Positions 23,123-32,802 of a stretch of 64,000 nucleotides of DNA are shown here, piece after piece. Each line of letters opens with the position of its first letter. Position 1 is the stretch's first letter. A program made the translations under genes and the position numbers. The DNA is from a virus. Lineage: Duplodnaviria; Caudoviricetes. The notes below the pieces were generated by a model that worked only from the letters and a program-made list of their open reading frames with translations, was not told the origin of the DNA and made no database searches. The stretch covers positions 27,591-91,590 of the IMG/VR virus record IMGVR_UViG_3300032295_002791; one strand, 5' to 3'.

Positions 23123-23144
23123 TGGTTAAAAACCAAAAATCATT

Positions 23145-23151
23145 TTACTAT
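23145..23151 (+). promoter_or_regulatory. TTACTAT putative phage late promoter
   Basis: Intergenic copy of a motif that recurs in five intergenic regions. Confidence 0.5.
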
Positions 23152-23192
23152 AGATAGCGTAAACCGCATTATACAATAAGGAGATATCTCAT

Positions 23193-23801
23193 ATGGCAAC
23201 CTTTTACGTAGGTCCAAGACCAGTCTTGAGGGGGCGTGACGCCGATGACATGGTCAACGTATTCAAGGGTACGGCTGGCACATATTCATTCTACCCACTA
23301 TTTGCTAAGGGTCTTTTGGATGGAGCTCCAGACAATAACCATGTCCCAGGCACTGGTCGTCACCCAGGAAATGTTCTTTTATCACAACTATTTACTGGCT
23401 CGACACTCTATGTTGGAACAACTCCACTAGCAGGAACTTTTGCTGACGGAGCAGGTTATGAAGGTGCTCGTTATAAGCCATTTGAATTTAAGGGTTTGGT
23501 CGGTGCAGCAGCATTTCCTTCTGGCTTTGGTCACGCTGACAGAGTAAGTGATTACAGCTACAACAACTATATATTTGACGGTGTTACATCTTCAAATATA
23601 TTTGCTGGAACTGGTCACGGCCCAAGAACAGAAGCACAAGGTGCGCCATCATCGTTTGGTGTTTTTAGACCAAATGAAGTTCATGGTGTAGCAAGCGCAA
23701 CAGTGTTTACTTCTGGTTATGGTCAAGCAAACACTGCATCTGACTACGGTAGAAACAAAGTATTGGAATACAAAGGTTTAGCTTCAACAAAAGCCTTGTA
23801 A
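23193..23801 (+). CDS. Gly/Phe-rich putative abundant virion protein
   Basis: Strong TAAGGAG SD, own TTACTAT motif, biased codon usage (GGT, CGT, GCA). Confidence 0.5.
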   Translation: MATFYVGPRPVLRGRDADDMVNVFKGTAGTYSFYPLFAKGLLDGAPDNNHVPGTGRHPGNVLLSQLFTGSTLYVGTTPLAGTFADGAGYEGARYKPFEFKGLVGAAAFPSGFGHADRVSDYSYNNYIFDGVTSSNIFAGTGHGPRTEAQGAPSSFGVFRPNEVHGVASATVFTSGYGQANTASDYGRNKVLEYKGLASTKAL

Positions 23802-23825
23802 GTATCACTGACAAAATATATTCTG

Positions 23826-23834
23826 TGCTATACT
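23826..23834 (+). promoter_or_regulatory. extended -10 promoter TGCTATACT heading the nucleotide-metabolism/replication operon
   Basis: TGTGCTATACT in the intergenic region at a module boundary. Confidence 0.55.
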
Positions 23835-23842
23835 AATAGCAC

Positions 23843-23883
23843 GGCGACAACAGTCCCGTCTGATATCAGACGGGATTGTCGTT
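23843..23883. repeat. long inverted repeat with a perfect 22-bp palindrome core (23854-23875)
   Basis: TCCCGTCTGAT|ATCAGACGGGA, extendable outward with G-U pairs and a bulge. Confidence 0.9.
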
Positions 23884-23931
23884 TATATGGATCGTTTTTA
23901 TAGGTTTTGAGTATTTTATTGAGGATTATAA

Positions 23932-24636
23932 ATGTCTTTAGAGGCTCTTGAAAAGGTAATAAAAGAAGATACGATACCGTTCGAGGTTGCAGAAAAATAT
24001 TTAAACCTATTTCTTGGCAAGTCAGATTGGGATAATCACCTAAAAAGACTTTGGACAATATCTGCTTCTAAAAACTCCACAGAAGAACAAAGAAAAAACT
24101 TTGTGAAAAAAGCCATAAGCTGTGCAATAATGCTTCCTCTACTAGAGGGCACTACTATACCTAGTCCTCCAGACAAACTTTTGTTTTGGTGCACAGCTTG
24201 GACTCAGTTTAATGAAAAAGATTGGTTTAAATTATTTCAAGAAAATATAGAAGAAGATATAAGAATTACAAAAGATAGAAATGCAATTATTATGTTAGGC
24301 GTTGTAGATCCAATAGATGTTTCTCCTTTAACTAGGCAGGCATTTAATTGGTTGTACAATAGGGCAAAAGAAGTTTCTGATTTAAATGAAGAGAATACAA
24401 AAGAACTAGAGGCAAAGTTTTTCAATCTAGTCAAGGCATATGGTGGGGCAGTGATATGTAATATGTTTGTTAAACACAAAAATAATATTAGTAAAGTATT
24501 TAACTGGAGAAGTGGTTATTTCTTTGAGAAAGAAATACATAAGGTATATAAGATCGATGAAATAATTAAGATAAAAAATACAGAACTACAAAAGCTTAAT
24601 CAAAAATACGTAAAAAAAATAACACTCAATAAATAG
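23932..24636 (+). CDS. hypothetical protein (234 aa)
   Basis: GAGG SD; first gene after the promoter. Confidence 0.7.
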   Translation: MSLEALEKVIKEDTIPFEVAEKYLNLFLGKSDWDNHLKRLWTISASKNSTEEQRKNFVKKAISCAIMLPLLEGTTIPSPPDKLLFWCTAWTQFNEKDWFKLFQENIEEDIRITKDRNAIIMLGVVDPIDVSPLTRQAFNWLYNRAKEVSDLNEENTKELEAKFFNLVKAYGGAVICNMFVKHKNNISKVFNWRSGYFFEKEIHKVYKIDEIIKIKNTELQKLNQKYVKKITLNK

Positions 24637-24641
24637 GAGAT

Positions 24642-26756
24642 ATGATGTCAACAGAAATCGAAAATGGTAATCCAGATCTAGCATACGCAGCTTCAAAACA
24701 GGCATCAATGTTTTCATTTAGGTTAACAGATGACTTTGTCACCACCTATAAAGACAAGGTAGTTCCATTTGGATATAGAGATGCTGCTGGAAATTCCGTT
24801 GGAGAAATAACTTTCTTGCGCACATATTCTAGATTAAAAGATGATGGAACAAAAGAATCATGGACTGACGTTTGTGAAAGAGTAATCAATGGAATGTACT
24901 CATTGCAAAAGGATCACTGCAAAAAGAATCGTCTCCCATGGAATGATGCAAAGGCTCAGGCTTCAGCAAAAGAAGCATTTGATAGATTGTTTAATTTAAA
25001 GTGGACCCCACCTGGACGTGGACTTTGGGCAATGGGAACAAACATTGTAAATATCCAAAAGAATTCGGCAGCACTTCAGAACTGCGCATTTGTATCTACA
25101 GCAGAAATGAATAAGTTTAATCCAGCTAAGCCATTTGCATTCTTAATGGAAGCATCAATGCTGGGTGTTGGAGTTGGTTTTGACGACAAAGGTGCAGACA
25201 AAGACTTTACTATCTTTGAGCCTAAAAAATCAGATACAAACATTCCAATTATAATAGCTGACACAAGAGAGGGCTGGGTTGAGTCAACCGCCCTACTGCT
25301 AAATTCATATTTAAAACCAGATCAAGAGTCAGTAGAATTTGACTACACATTAATTCGCCCAGCTGGAACTCCAATTAAAACATTCGGTGGCGTAGCTGCA
25401 GGTCACGAGCCATTGGAAAAACTACATAATCATATAAGAAAGATGTTTACTGGACGTAAGGGCGATAAGTTAACGCGTGTAGATATAGCAGACATTGGGA
25501 ACGTTATCGGAGTATGCGTAGTATCCGGAAATGTTCGTCGTTCAGCAGAGTTATTGATAGGTCGTTTGGATGATCAAGATTTCTTAAATCTTAAAAATTC
25601 AGAACGCTTTCCTGAGCGTAATTCATATGATTCATCTGCTCCAGGTTGGGGCTGGATGTCCAATAACTCAGTCGAGACAGCAGTCGGTGCAGATCTCTCT
25701 TCCATAGTTGAGGGTATATCTTTGAATGGTGAACCAGGTGTTATTTGGATGGACATGTCTCGTAAGTATGGAAGACTTGCAGATCCAGCAAATAATAAAG
25801 ATCACAGAGTTGCTGGCTATAATCCATGTGCAGAGCAATCCCTGGAGTCATACGAGTGCTGCACGCTAGTAGAAACATACCTCAATCGTCACGATAGCTT
25901 GGAAGATTATAAGCGTACTCTAAAGTTTGCGTATCTCTATGCTAAAACGGTTACACTACTCCCTACTCACTGGGAAGAAACAAACGCAATCATGCAACGT
26001 AATCGTCGCATCGGTGCTTCAATGTCAGGTGTTGCAAACTTTGCCGATAGAGTAGGCGTACCAGCTTTGCGCGATTGGATGGATCAAGGTTATAAGACCA
26101 TTCAGCGTTATGACAATGTTTATTCTGAGTGGCTTGGAATTCGTGAGTCAATTAAGATGACAACAATTAAGCCATCTGGAACTGTTTCAATCCTTGTTGG
26201 AGAGTCACCAGGAGTCCACTGGACGCCAGGTGGAAAGTTCTTCAATAGAACAATACGCTTCTCAAATGATGACCCAATGCTACCATTATTTAGAATGGCA
26301 AACTATAGAGTTGAGCCAGCTTCTGAATCTCCAGACACTACGTCTGTAGTATATTTCCCAATCAAGTCTGATGCTGCAAGAGCAGAGCGTGACGTAACAA
26401 TATTTGAAAAGATGTCTTTAGCTGCAACAGCTCAAAGATACTGGTCAGATAATTCCGTATCTGTTACAATATCATTCGATAAAGATACTGAAGCTCAGCA
26501 CGTTGGGACGGTGTTGCATATGTATGATGGTCAATTAAAGACTGTATCATTCCTTCCTAGCGGAAATGACACCTATCCTCAAATGCCTTATACTCAGATA
26601 ACAGAAGAAGAGTATGTAGATGCTGGTGTAAAGTTATTCCCGATAGATCTTACTGGTGTATACGCAGGAATGGCATCAGATGCAATTGGCGAAAGATACT
26701 GCACAACAGATTCTTGTGAAATTAAGTTCATAAAGGATAACTCAAAAGCCAATTAA
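24642..26756 (+). CDS. nrdJ: class II (adenosylcobalamin-dependent) ribonucleoside-triphosphate reductase
   Basis: PPGRGLW, ALQNCAF, GNVRRSA, NPCAEQSL (thiyl-radical Cys), TIKPSGT and C-terminal CTTDSC. Confidence 0.93.
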   Translation: MMSTEIENGNPDLAYAASKQASMFSFRLTDDFVTTYKDKVVPFGYRDAAGNSVGEITFLRTYSRLKDDGTKESWTDVCERVINGMYSLQKDHCKKNRLPWNDAKAQASAKEAFDRLFNLKWTPPGRGLWAMGTNIVNIQKNSAALQNCAFVSTAEMNKFNPAKPFAFLMEASMLGVGVGFDDKGADKDFTIFEPKKSDTNIPIIIADTREGWVESTALLLNSYLKPDQESVEFDYTLIRPAGTPIKTFGGVAAGHEPLEKLHNHIRKMFTGRKGDKLTRVDIADIGNVIGVCVVSGNVRRSAELLIGRLDDQDFLNLKNSERFPERNSYDSSAPGWGWMSNNSVETAVGADLSSIVEGISLNGEPGVIWMDMSRKYGRLADPANNKDHRVAGYNPCAEQSLESYECCTLVETYLNRHDSLEDYKRTLKFAYLYAKTVTLLPTHWEETNAIMQRNRRIGASMSGVANFADRVGVPALRDWMDQGYKTIQRYDNVYSEWLGIRESIKMTTIKPSGTVSILVGESPGVHWTPGGKFFNRTIRFSNDDPMLPLFRMANYRVEPASESPDTTSVVYFPIKSDAARAERDVTIFEKMSLAATAQRYWSDNSVSVTISFDKDTEAQHVGTVLHMYDGQLKTVSFLPSGNDTYPQMPYTQITEEEYVDAGVKLFPIDLTGVYAGMASDAIGERYCTTDSCEIKFIKDNSKAN

Positions 26757-26757
26757 A

Positions 26758-26766
26758 TGATATAAT
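26758..26766 (+). promoter_or_regulatory. extended -10 TGATATAAT, leaderless thyX start
   Basis: 7 nt upstream of ATG 26774. Confidence 0.6.
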
Positions 26767-26773
26767 GTATCCT

Positions 26774-27487
26774 ATGGAAGATACTAATAATATAGGAAAA
26801 TCTATAGCTGTTTTAGACAATGGCTATGTTAGATTAGTTGATGTTATGGGTTCGGATCTTTCTGTTGCAAATGCGGCTAGAGCTTCGTTTGCAAAAGAAA
26901 GTTCCCAAATGTCAACAGACGACGCTAGATTGATAAATTTTCTTGCAAGAGAAAACCATATGTCGCCGTTCAGACACGCTTTTGCTACGTTTGAATTTAA
27001 GGCACCACTGCTTGTTGCTAGACAGCATTGGAAGTACGTCGTTGGCGCTGATCATACCATGGATTCCTGGAATGAATCATCCCGTAGATATGTTACGATG
27101 GACCCAGAATTTTATATCCCAAAACTTGATGAATGGAGACTTGCTCCAGACAATAAAAAGCAGGGTTCTGGTGGCCCTATAGACCCGTGGACGGGCTCTG
27201 TTTTAACGGCAGAGCTAAAGAAGTATGTAGAGCAGGGCGAAGCCTTATATACAATGGCAATGGGCAATGGGGTAGCCCCAGAGCAAGCTCGCTTGTTCCT
27301 TCCAGCCTACGGAATGCACGTTGTATATAGGTGGTCTTGCAGCTTACAATCAGTTGCGTTGTTTTTGAATCAAAGATTGTCAGAAGATGCTCAACATGAG
27401 ATAACCGATTATGCAAAAGCTGTACAGGAATTAATAAATCCACACTTCCCGATCTCACTATCATGTCTAGTAGCCAAATATGTATAA
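26774..27487 (+). CDS. thyX: flavin-dependent thymidylate synthase
   Basis: NAARASF, HMSPF, ARQ..., NESSRRY, PEQARLFLP, AQHEI; start moved from 26765 because that ATG overlaps the -10 box. Confidence 0.9.
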   Translation: MEDTNNIGKSIAVLDNGYVRLVDVMGSDLSVANAARASFAKESSQMSTDDARLINFLARENHMSPFRHAFATFEFKAPLLVARQHWKYVVGADHTMDSWNESSRRYVTMDPEFYIPKLDEWRLAPDNKKQGSGGPIDPWTGSVLTAELKKYVEQGEALYTMAMGNGVAPEQARLFLPAYGMHVVYRWSCSLQSVALFLNQRLSEDAQHEITDYAKAVQELINPHFPISLSCLVAKYV

Positions 27488-27650
27488 AGATTTATTATTA
27501 TCATTTCTATTAACAGTTTGCTTTAACTGGACAATAGCTATGCAGATACTTAATCAGACATCTAAAGATAAAAGAACTAGAGTAGTTTCTGTATCACTTG
27601 CCTTAGCCACGCCATTCGTATTTGGTATGATCATATTTTCATTGTTATGA
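27480..27650 (+). CDS. small two-TM membrane protein (56 aa; not in ORF track)
   Basis: MYKDLLLSFLLTVCFNW...FGMIIFSLL; fills the gap and has ATGA overlap with the next gene. Confidence 0.65.
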   Translation: MYKDLLLSFLLTVCFNWTIAMQILNQTSKDKRTRVVSVSLALATPFVFGMIIFSLL

Positions 27651-28114
27651 AACAATTTTCTAAAAAAGATATTCAATTCATGAAACTGTGTTTTGAGGCG
27701 TCAAAGATCTTTTCCACATGCGGAAAGAAACAGTATGCAGCTCTGCTTGTGGATGATATGAATCACATTGTTGGCTTTGGCTATAATGGTGGACCAAGAA
27801 ATACAGTTCATTGTAAAGATGGTGGCTGTAAAAGATTCTTAGAAAACTCTCAAAGTGGTTCAGTGTATGATAACTGCATAGCAATCCATGCAGAAGCAAA
27901 TGCACTTCTTCATTCTGATTATAATTCAAAGCCAACAAAGCTTTACGTGAATGGACCACCCTGCTTCAATTGTGCTAAACTGATATGCAATAGCACATTA
28001 AAGACAGTCTATTATTCAGAAGACTCAGATTATAAAAACTGGGAAGAAGTAAAGTCTTTTATTAATAATGCAAATATAGAAACTATAAAGGTAGATACGA
28101 GTGCCAGCATCTAA
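27647..28114 (+). CDS. dCMP deaminase family protein
   Basis: GYNG, HAEANAL and PCFNC zinc motifs. Confidence 0.9.
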   Translation: MKQFSKKDIQFMKLCFEASKIFSTCGKKQYAALLVDDMNHIVGFGYNGGPRNTVHCKDGGCKRFLENSQSGSVYDNCIAIHAEANALLHSDYNSKPTKLYVNGPPCFNCAKLICNSTLKTVYYSEDSDYKNWEEVKSFINNANIETIKVDTSASI

Positions 28115-28328
28115 ATTAAATTATGTTGTAGTATACAAAAACCATAGTCAAGTATATGGTTGCTCATCCCCAAAGATAGCAATTGAATCACCGGCTCCAG
28201 ATGGCTTAACACAAGAGGACAAAAATATATTCTTTGTTACATTTGAACCAGATACTGATAATATATGTCTTCACAAATATGAGCATGACGCTATTGGCGG
28301 CTTTGATTTGGATGATAAAAGTAAGTAG
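28101..28328 (+). CDS. hypothetical protein
   Basis: GTG start with AAGG SD; operon position. Confidence 0.55.
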   Translation: MPASKLNYVVVYKNHSQVYGCSSPKIAIESPAPDGLTQEDKNIFFVTFEPDTDNICLHKYEHDAIGGFDLDDKSK

Positions 28329-28333
28329 GAATT

Positions 28334-28576
28334 ATGGCTAAGAAAATAAATGAAAAGAAAAAAGTAAATATTAAGCTTGAATCAGGTCAAACATATTTAA
28401 TAACATCAATAGATGAGATGTTGCAAATAGCAAATTCCCTGATACACTTAGCGTCTTCTGCAAAAGATGAAAAGGAAAGAATAAACATTCTTCATCTAAG
28501 CGAAGAAGCAATAAAAGCCATAAATGAAAATCAATTCATTAGCAAAGTAACCCATGAGGAAGATGATAGCTGGTAA
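28334..28576 (+). CDS. hypothetical protein
   Basis: AGGA SD; operon position. Confidence 0.6.
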   Translation: MAKKINEKKKVNIKLESGQTYLITSIDEMLQIANSLIHLASSAKDEKERINILHLSEEAIKAINENQFISKVTHEEDDSW

Positions 28577-28578
28577 AA

Positions 28579-29382
28579 ATGATCGATCTATGTGTAGTCA
28601 ACTATAATACAAAAGATTTACTTAAACGCTTTTTGGATTCACTTCACAGTGATGTCAATGAGCAAAATAAGATATGGAATCTTTACGTATGTGATAATGG
28701 ATCTTCTGACGGAAGCTGGCCTTGGATAGAACAAAATAGAAGTTCATATCAGATTAATGCAGGATGGAACAATGATAACATTGGTTACTCCGCAGCGTGC
28801 AATGGTATGGCTAGCTACTCATCTGGAGATATAATTTGCTTGTTGAATGCAGATGTTTGGCTAACAACTAATGATCTAGTTAAAGTTCAAAACATATTTG
28901 ATAGCAACTCTGATATCCACATTCTTGGACCAAAGCAAAGAGATGAAAATGGTTTCATTACACACGCTGGAATTGTAGGAACCAATACGGCTCCAGCACA
29001 TAGGGGTTGGAGACAGCACGATCCTAATGATGTACTATTTAAAGATAGAATAGACTGCGTTACGGTTTCAGGTTCAGCATACTTCATTAGAAGATCTGTA
29101 TGGGAAGCCCTGAGATATGACTCAGAGTATGCAAAAATGTATCCTGGAGCACTAGGAGCATTCTTACCAACTCCTCACTACTACGAAGAGACTTGGTGTT
29201 CGTACTTTGCACGTCATCGCGGGTATAGAGTAGTGTATGATGGTAGCGTATCAATCGGTCATAGCTGGCACGCTTCTTCGCCAAAACCGGGTGAAGGCTT
29301 TAGTTATGCAGACAGTCAATTTAAGTTAAGTCAAGAAATATTTCGCAAAGCCTGCGACACTATAGGAATAGAAAGAGATTAA
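28579..29382 (+). CDS. glycosyltransferase family 2
   Basis: VVNYN, DNGSSDGS, NIGYSAACN, LLNAD, YYEETW. Confidence 0.9.
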   Translation: MIDLCVVNYNTKDLLKRFLDSLHSDVNEQNKIWNLYVCDNGSSDGSWPWIEQNRSSYQINAGWNNDNIGYSAACNGMASYSSGDIICLLNADVWLTTNDLVKVQNIFDSNSDIHILGPKQRDENGFITHAGIVGTNTAPAHRGWRQHDPNDVLFKDRIDCVTVSGSAYFIRRSVWEALRYDSEYAKMYPGALGAFLPTPHYYEETWCSYFARHRGYRVVYDGSVSIGHSWHASSPKPGEGFSYADSQFKLSQEIFRKACDTIGIERD

Positions 29383-29383
29383 A

Positions 29384-29782
29384 ATGTCAGATAAATTAAA
29401 CCCATGGATTTATAATGCAGAAGTTAAAAAGGTAGTTGATGGTGATACATTCGATATTATTATTGACCTTGGATTTGACACCCTAAAGAAAGGCAGAGTT
29501 CGCATGTACGGAGTTAATACTCCAGAGAGCCGCACATCAAATCTTGAAGAAAAGAAAATGGGATTGGCCGCAAAAGAATTTACTGATCAATGGTTGACCA
29601 AGGCAAATCATAAGGTAAAGATTGAAACAATCATTGACAAGAATGAGAAGTATGGTAGAATTCTTGCAAGAGTGTGGAATGAAGCTGGAGAATGTCTTAA
29701 CACTGAAATTGTTAAGGCTGGATTAGCTAGAGAATACTTTGGTGTAGGCGACAAAACTTTTGAGGAATTCAAGAAGGCATAA
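29384..29782 (+). CDS. thermonuclease (SNase-like)
   Basis: VVDGDT, RMYGVNTPE, KYGRILA, GLAREY. Confidence 0.9.
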   Translation: MSDKLNPWIYNAEVKKVVDGDTFDIIIDLGFDTLKKGRVRMYGVNTPESRTSNLEEKKMGLAAKEFTDQWLTKANHKVKIETIIDKNEKYGRILARVWNEAGECLNTEIVKAGLAREYFGVGDKTFEEFKKA

Positions 29783-30210
29783 TGCAAACATTTTTACCAT
29801 ACGCAGATTTGCAAGAGTCAGTTCGGGTATTAGATTATCGTAGACTAGGAAAGCAACGAGTAGAAACTTTCCAAGTCTTAAACATTTTACTTGATCGCAC
29901 TCCAACAAAAGGTTGGCGCAATCATCCAGTTACTGTTATGTGGACTGGCTATGAATCAGCATTACAGCTATATCAAAACTACACAATCCAGGAATGGATT
30001 AGCAGAGGGTATAAAAACACAATGCTTTTAGAAGACTTTGATATGAATTCTGTGGTCATGCCGCACTGGTTTGGATTGGAAGAGTTTCATCGTTCACATA
30101 GATCCAATTTACTGCGTAAAGATTATGAATATTATTCCCAATATTTTGACGAAGATCCAACGCTAGAATATTATTGGCCAACGGAGAAGTACAGTGCAGC
30201 ACTTGGGTGA
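29782..30210 (+). CDS. MSMEG_6728-like / pyrimidine-dimer DNA glycosylase-like protein
   Basis: MQTFLPY, LDYRRLGKQRVE, GWRNHP..MW.GY, HRSHRSNLLRKD, Y.WP. Confidence 0.8.
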   Translation: MQTFLPYADLQESVRVLDYRRLGKQRVETFQVLNILLDRTPTKGWRNHPVTVMWTGYESALQLYQNYTIQEWISRGYKNTMLLEDFDMNSVVMPHWFGLEEFHRSHRSNLLRKDYEYYSQYFDEDPTLEYYWPTEKYSAALG

Positions 30211-30754
30211 CGGTATTTATTACCTTGAAGATTTTTTCCCTTTACATAAAGAATTAAAAAAAGAAGTAGAGATACAATGTGATGAGGTTACTTTTTTAGA
30301 TTATGAAAATAAAGAAATACCTCATAGTATTAAAGATAGGTCTGGTTATTTTTTAATTAAAAATGTATCTCCACTATCTAATCTAATATTAGAATTAAAT
30401 TCTTTGATTCAATCAAAAATTGAATTGTCTTTAAATAAAAAACTTATAAGTCAGTGGAAAAATACAGAGAATGTTGGCGTAATAGGTCGTTATCCAATTG
30501 GTGGATCAATGCCAGATCATCAGGATAGAGTATATTTAAGCAATGAATATTATTTTTATTCATCTGTTTATTATATAAATCAAAATTATAAAGGTGGTAG
30601 ACTTTTTTTTCCAGAAAAAAATATAGGAATAAATCCAAAAGAAAATTCTATAGTTTTACTGCCTTCGCATCTAATGCATAGATCAGAAGAAATAATAGAT
30701 GGTCAAAAAATAATTTCAGCAACTTTTTTTAAGGAAGTACAAAATGCAAACTAG
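30194..30754 (+). CDS. 2OG-Fe(II) oxygenase
   Basis: HQD, YINQNYKGGRLFF, distal His and K; visibly more AT-rich than its neighbours. Confidence 0.8.
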   Translation: MQHLGDGIYYLEDFFPLHKELKKEVEIQCDEVTFLDYENKEIPHSIKDRSGYFLIKNVSPLSNLILELNSLIQSKIELSLNKKLISQWKNTENVGVIGRYPIGGSMPDHQDRVYLSNEYYFYSSVYYINQNYKGGRLFFPEKNIGINPKENSIVLLPSHLMHRSEEIIDGQKIISATFFKEVQNAN

Positions 30755-31157
30755 GGTTTTTTTATCCGGTGCAATAGAAGACGTTCAATCTGATTTTAAA
30801 TATAGTTGGAGAGATGAAGCAACAGATCTATTGGAGTACAGAGGATTTAAGGCTGTTAACCCAATGGACTACGCTTTAGAGGAAGATGATTGTGAACCAA
30901 AAGAGATAGTAGATAAAAATCTTTTTCTACAAAAAAGTTGTGATATTCTTTTAGTAGAATACAGATTACTTTATAGAGCTTACATAGGCACAGACTTTGA
31001 AATGACGTGGGCACACCTAAATAATCAACCAATAATTGTTTGGGCTCACCAAGATTTACAACATAGAATTTATCTTAAGTTTCTTGCCACAAAACTTGCA
31101 GATACATTAGAAGAAGCTGTAGAATATATTTGCAATACATATCCATCAAGTAAATAG
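30744..31157 (+). CDS. nucleoside 2-deoxyribosyltransferase-like protein
   Basis: VFLSGAI, WR, NP, CDILLV, GT.FEM..A. Confidence 0.7.
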   Translation: MQTRVFLSGAIEDVQSDFKYSWRDEATDLLEYRGFKAVNPMDYALEEDDCEPKEIVDKNLFLQKSCDILLVEYRLLYRAYIGTDFEMTWAHLNNQPIIVWAHQDLQHRIYLKFLATKLADTLEEAVEYICNTYPSSK

Positions 31158-31172
31158 CCGAAAGGAAAACTA

Positions 31173-31367
31173 ATGGCTGAAAATAAATTCAAGTACTTCA
31201 CAATTACTACAACTTCAATTGTTAAGGCACCTACTGTAGCTGAAGCACAGAAGATTGCATCGAGCAATTCACGCAAGGTATCTGGAACTCGTGGAGAGCT
31301 TTTGTTCAAGGATGTTGATGTTCAGCGCATCACAGCTGTTGAAGCAAGAGAGCAAATCGAAGGTTAA
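31173..31367 (+). CDS. small protein similar to the N-terminal domain of the 2822 phosphoesterase
   Basis: AAGGA SD, biased codons, followed by a hairpin; sequence similarity seen by eye. Confidence 0.7.
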   Translation: MAENKFKYFTITTTSIVKAPTVAEAQKIASSNSRKVSGTRGELLFKDVDVQRITAVEAREQIEG

Positions 31368-31380
31368 TTATTATTGGATC

Positions 31381-31411
31381 GGGGTGGTGGCGTAATAGCT
31401 GCCACCCCTTT
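31381..31411 (+). terminator. probable intrinsic terminator
   Basis: GGGGTGGTGGC-GTAATA-GCTGCCACCCC followed by TTT. Confidence 0.6.
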
Positions 31412-31425
31412 AATTAAGGACTACA

Positions 31426-32139
31426 ATGTCTAATCAAAAAATCATTGCCCAAATAGTTGGAAGAAATGAAGAAGATAGATTTTTAAAAAGCGTTTTAAGT
31501 AGACTATCAACTCAGGTTGATGAAATTGTTTTTACCGACGACTGCTCCGAAGATAACACTGCAAAGATAGCCGCAGATTACGCTCACGTATATAGAACCC
31601 CTGAGCCAACTTTTGCTGTGCATGAGGGAAGACTAAGAACAACTGCTTGGTCTAATTTAGAAAAGCATGCTAATCCAGGGGATTGGATTATTGCCATAGA
31701 TTGTGATGAAATGCTCTATAGCTTAGACAATATGGATTCTCCGGACGTAAGAACAGTATTAAATTCTTCAGAAAAAGATGTTGTAAACGTGAGATTTTAT
31801 CACATGTGGAATGAAACAGCGTATAGAGTAGATAAGCTTTGGGCACCAAACAATAGCTCAAGAATATTTAGGTTTATATCTGGTGGTCAATTTGCCGACA
31901 GAGCTTTGGCATGTGGATCTGAGCCAACATATGTTTCTGAATGGATCAAGAGAAGAAACTTTTGGGTAAATTCGGGTCTAGTAATGCAACACCTTGGTTA
32001 CATTTTTGATCAAGATAAGCAAAAGAAATATGAAAGATACTCCCAAATAGATGGTGGAAAGTATCATAATTTATCTCACATTAATTCTATATTAGATGAA
32101 TCTCCAGTGTTAATTAACTGGGGAAACTTTGGACTTTAA
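31426..32139 (+). CDS. glycosyltransferase family 2
   Basis: GRNEE, DEIV..DDCSEDNT, WIIAIDCDE, HLGY. Confidence 0.85.
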   Translation: MSNQKIIAQIVGRNEEDRFLKSVLSRLSTQVDEIVFTDDCSEDNTAKIAADYAHVYRTPEPTFAVHEGRLRTTAWSNLEKHANPGDWIIAIDCDEMLYSLDNMDSPDVRTVLNSSEKDVVNVRFYHMWNETAYRVDKLWAPNNSSRIFRFISGGQFADRALACGSEPTYVSEWIKRRNFWVNSGLVMQHLGYIFDQDKQKKYERYSQIDGGKYHNLSHINSILDESPVLINWGNFGL

Positions 32140-32148
32140 GGAATAGCT

Positions 32149-32802
32149 ATGAAAAACGTAAACAAATCCCTTATTCAATTAACAAGTTTAATGAACAGCA
32201 ACCAAAAATTTGCTTTTATTAACATATCAAAATCTTCAATTATAGGATTAAATAAAAAGAGCGAAAAGTCTTTTGCTCCAAATATCTCTAAAGAGATAAT
32301 TAATTCTATTAACATCTCTGGAAATAGAGTTATGAAAAATGTTTCCTATGATTTAATGAAAGAAATATCTGAAGGAAAGCATTCGGCAATCGGATTAAAT
32401 AAGGAAACATACTATCATTCTCCAAATGTTTTTGAGTACTACTTCGAAAACAATAAGGATGTATTTGATTCTATTGTTTCTTTCTACATTAGGAATACTC
32501 CATCAGTAGTCGTTTCTCTGCATGATCAAAAAAGAGTTTCAAATGTTCTTGGATTAAAAGATAATGTTATTAATATTTCATATGGGAATATGTATAAGAG
32601 ACACGAAGAAATCTTTAATGATATAGCAAAGTTAAATAACAAAGTTCAATATTGCCTGTTGGACTGCAGCTCATTAGGACTTGCTCTATCCCATAAGATA
32701 TGGAACGAATTAAATATGTCTATTATAGACCTAGGCAAAACATTAAACTTTATCAAGGACAACAACCAAAACTCGGCAGCTACAACAGCAGCACATGCCT
32801 AA
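32149..32802 (+). CDS. possible GT-D fold (DUF1792-like) glycosyltransferase-related protein
   Basis: C-terminal LLDCSSLGLALSHKI...SIIDLG resembles the GT-D LGP..vLa..l...AIDiG region; adjacent to a GT2 gene. Confidence 0.4.
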   Translation: MKNVNKSLIQLTSLMNSNQKFAFINISKSSIIGLNKKSEKSFAPNISKEIINSINISGNRVMKNVSYDLMKEISEGKHSAIGLNKETYYHSPNVFEYYFENNKDVFDSIVSFYIRNTPSVVVSLHDQKRVSNVLGLKDNVINISYGNMYKRHEEIFNDIAKLNNKVQYCLLDCSSLGLALSHKIWNELNMSIIDLGKTLNFIKDNNQNSAATTAAHA

